Part shown: positions 59,702 through 62,363 of the stretch, in pieces
Numbering within the stretch: the first letter of the stretch is position 1
Layout of the letters: each line of letters opens with the position of its first letter
From: Craspedostauros australis
Taxonomy: Eukaryota
DNA length: 62,363 nucleotides
Assembly (NCBI GenBank): GCA_030167865.1
Contig: JALAGF010004161.1
Location: 62,001 to 124,363, forward strand
Reading direction: 5' to 3'
Notes under the pieces: model-generated
Seen by the model: the letters and a program-made list of their open reading frames with translations, nothing else
Told to the model about the DNA's origin: nothing
Databases searched by the model: none
Made by a program: the position numbers and the translations under genes

Positions 59702-61505
59702 ATGTTGCGGAACGCCTTGAGCAAGGCCGGGGCAATGCCCCATGGATCGATGGTCCTTGGAGGCAGGTCCGTTGCTGCCATTCATGGCAGAACCGCAGGG
59801 TTGACGCTCTCAGCGAACAGAGTATTCTCGGCATTGGCTTCATCGTCATCGTCACCGTCGCCGCCATCGCCATCGCAGCCATCATCTGATGCTACTTCCA
59901 AGCACAAAATCACCAGCCTTCGGCTGTACCGCCTGTTGCAACGCCAATGCCTGTCATTGTCCAAACCAGCATCGGTAGAATCGTCGACCACAACGACCAT
60001 TTCGGCCGCCACCGAGGATACAGCGATCTCCAAAAAGCTGGGTGGCATGCACACCTCGCCATCCACGCACAACGGCGACTTGCTGCTCCAACCCACGCTC
60101 TCGGCACCCGATTGGGGCAGGTATTCCGTTTTCCGCCCCGCAAACAATGACCCCGGCACCAACAACAGCCTCTTCCAGCTCTTCCACGCTTGGATCGATC
60201 AGCAGGACAATGATTCCTTATCGAATGGAGTCGACGAATGGCTGTACGAAGTCGTTCAGAACCAGCAGCAGCATTCCAACGTCGACAAGAAATCTCCCAA
60301 ACACGGCCTTTGGACAACAGTGCCGGAAATGCAATCGGCCATCCGCCACGCATTCCGGACTGACTTTCAGAGTATCAAAAATGTATCCAGTCTGCACAGC
60401 ATGGCCATCAAGGCATTTCGCATCCTGCAACATCAAGAACGACTGTGGCAACAGACCTCCGTCTCGAAGACGGATGATGTTCATGTTATCGCCACGAGCT
60501 TGTGAGTGAAGGCCAGTGTCGGTGCCGTTGGTTATTGATGTACTCTACGCAAGCATTGCAAAGGAGGGCCGTTTTGTAACTCCCTCAACTGTCTCTTACT
60601 CAAATGATTGCTTCACGGCCCATTGAGTGGCATCGCTTGTACTTGCACACACAAATCCGCACATGACGTTCATCTAACGACCACAACTCCATAAAATGTT
60701 ACATCATGTGACATCGCAATACTTCATTGTGATTCACAATGCAATTTTTTTGCTTCGGTGCAGATGTATCGGCAGCGCAGCTGCACCACGGATGACTAAT
60801 CGACCTGCCGATGATCCCAAGTACAGATTTGCGTACAGAATCCGAATTGAGAATCATTCCCCCAGCCACGTGCAACTGTTGGGACGCCACTGGCACATCC
60901 AGGAGATGGATGTGGGAGAACGAGAACCTTACTCCAGGCCACCCATCGTCGTGGACGCGCCTACGACAGGTGCAGTCGGTCAACTCCCAGTGCTTGGTAC
61001 GTACATTCCGTGGGTGTGGACGTGTATCATTTGTGACAGGTCAGCATTTTGGGACCACACAGTTGGGATGCAGAATGCAACAACCAGCAGTTTGGTGACA
61101 TTACGATAGTGGCTGACAAGAAAGGGATTATCGGGTGTTCACGCTATTGTTGAGCGTTACCGTCACACGAATGCGCTGCGCGGGCCATCTCACATATCTG
61201 CACTGCTTCATCCTCCTCTCCGCGCCCGTGTCTTCTTGCGGGATCACGATTCTCTCTGGTCACCACGCCAACTTTCCTGTCGGCATGCGCGTTGTTCAGC
61301 GCCCGGAGAATCCTTTCAGTACATGAGTGGCACGGACATGGCAACAGGAATCGGCATGATGAAAGGAACGTTCTTCATGGCGCGAGTGGACGAAGCAACT
61401 CCATCGGCAAGGTCCGGTGACCTGGTCGAGGCCCTGAACCTGCCGAACAAGCTGGAGATTGAGGTTGCTCCGTTCCCGCTGTTGGCGCATGAGAAAAAGA
61501 GATGA
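59702..61505 (+). CDS. ApaG (DUF525) domain protein, probably mitochondrial; exons 59702-60501, 60764-60996, 61300-61505
   Basis: YRFAYRIRIEN....VQLLGRHWHI...GAVGQLPVL|APGESFQYMSG.......GMMKGTF. Presequence-like N-terminus MLRNALSKA; two in-phase GT-AG introns. Confidence 0.88.
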
Positions 61506-62363
61506 CTTGGTGGACGATGCCAGAGATACAAAAAATGGAATTAACGCCGAACTCGATACGTGCTCAGAGCCACATGCCCTCCGAGTAATAGGAAGCTGCG
61601 AACAGCACGGCATGCAGGAGTAGAGCTGCTGCAATGAGCTCGACTAGTGGACTTGACGTCGGAATTGCAGTTGAACTTTAGACTACCGATGGGGATACTT
61701 ACAGAAGCAGAAGTCATCATTCCCGCCGGCCATCCAGTTACCTTCCAATCATCGGAAGGTGGCACTGTGATGTTGTGATTCCTTGGATGGGCGATCGAGT
61801 ATGTATGTATGGTACACAGTCACCAGCTGGGACAGTATTGATCTTAGACAGCCAGCACGCAACAGTCAGGAACCAACAGCCAACAACAAACAGTCAACAG
61901 CCAAATCCTTGTTGCTTCCAACAGAGAATTGTGTGAGCAAACTCTCCTACTGGGAAAAGGCATGGAATTGGAAGTAAACAACGGATTATGAGCTCAAGGC
62001 ACGAACCAATTACCTCTCATGTGGTCTCTACTCTGCTGCGTACGATTCAGCTGCAAGTGCCCAGTCTAACGCTCAAATAACCGGTAATAACGTCCGAATC
62101 TGCTTGGTCCCCTCGATATGCGGTGGCTCTGCTGCTCGTCAGATCGTCTCATCTCTTTGGTGCTCTCATCAATATGCATTCGTACGGTATGTACCTGCTG
62201 CATGTCCTCATGAATGGACACCACAGGGCGCTCATCCCATCCACTGAAGAGTTACTCCCCAGCCGACCATCCGATGGGTACTGTCGCGCAGTCTCACAAC
62301 TCAAAATAGAATGTGTTGTGATTGCTCTCGTCGTCTTGGACCTGATTGTGGCTTGGTCAACAT

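Noticed and set aside
1..62363. Prokaryotic-type systems (CRISPR, operons, defence islands), rRNA/tRNA genes, transposases or reverse transcriptases
   Set aside because: None recognised by eye. Several bacterial-like genes (pepN, leuS, bolA, the ApaG gene) have spliceosomal introns and targeting presequences, so they are nuclear genes rather than contamination.

Overview
Gene-dense, intron-containing eukaryotic nuclear DNA, most likely from a diatom or related ochrophyte alga. Support: GT-AG introns of about 180-500 nt, several signal-peptide + 'AF' (ASAFAP-type) presequences, a p10-before-p20 (type III) metacaspase, and a WS/DGAT. About 21 protein-coding genes can be reconstructed: RecQ helicase (5'-truncated), aminopeptidase N, a polytopic membrane class-3 lipase, a SAM-RBR E3 ligase (with an adjacent internally deleted pseudogene copy), a GT61 glycosyltransferase, a protein kinase, glyoxalase I, BolA, metacaspase, an AsmA-like membrane-anchored protein, syntaxin 5, organellar LeuRS, a polyQ-ARM protein, MOFRL glycerate kinase, NSUN2/Trm4, FAD glycerol-3-phosphate dehydrogenase, a DUF218-like protein, WS/DGAT, an SLC26/SulP transporter, a TPR-like protein and an ApaG protein. 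I saw no rRNA, tRNA, CRISPR array or recognisable transposon. The most unusual elements are the SAM/ubiquitin-binding/RBR/extra-Zn-finger ligase with its decayed duplicate, the permuted metacaspase with a Cys-rich hydrophobic tail, the RecQ with an eroded Zn site and histone-H1-like tail, and a loose grouping of glycerol/glycerate/neutral-lipid enzymes. All family calls are by-eye motif recognition and all splice models are manual; no database searches were run. I cannot claim a clearly novel multi-gene system.
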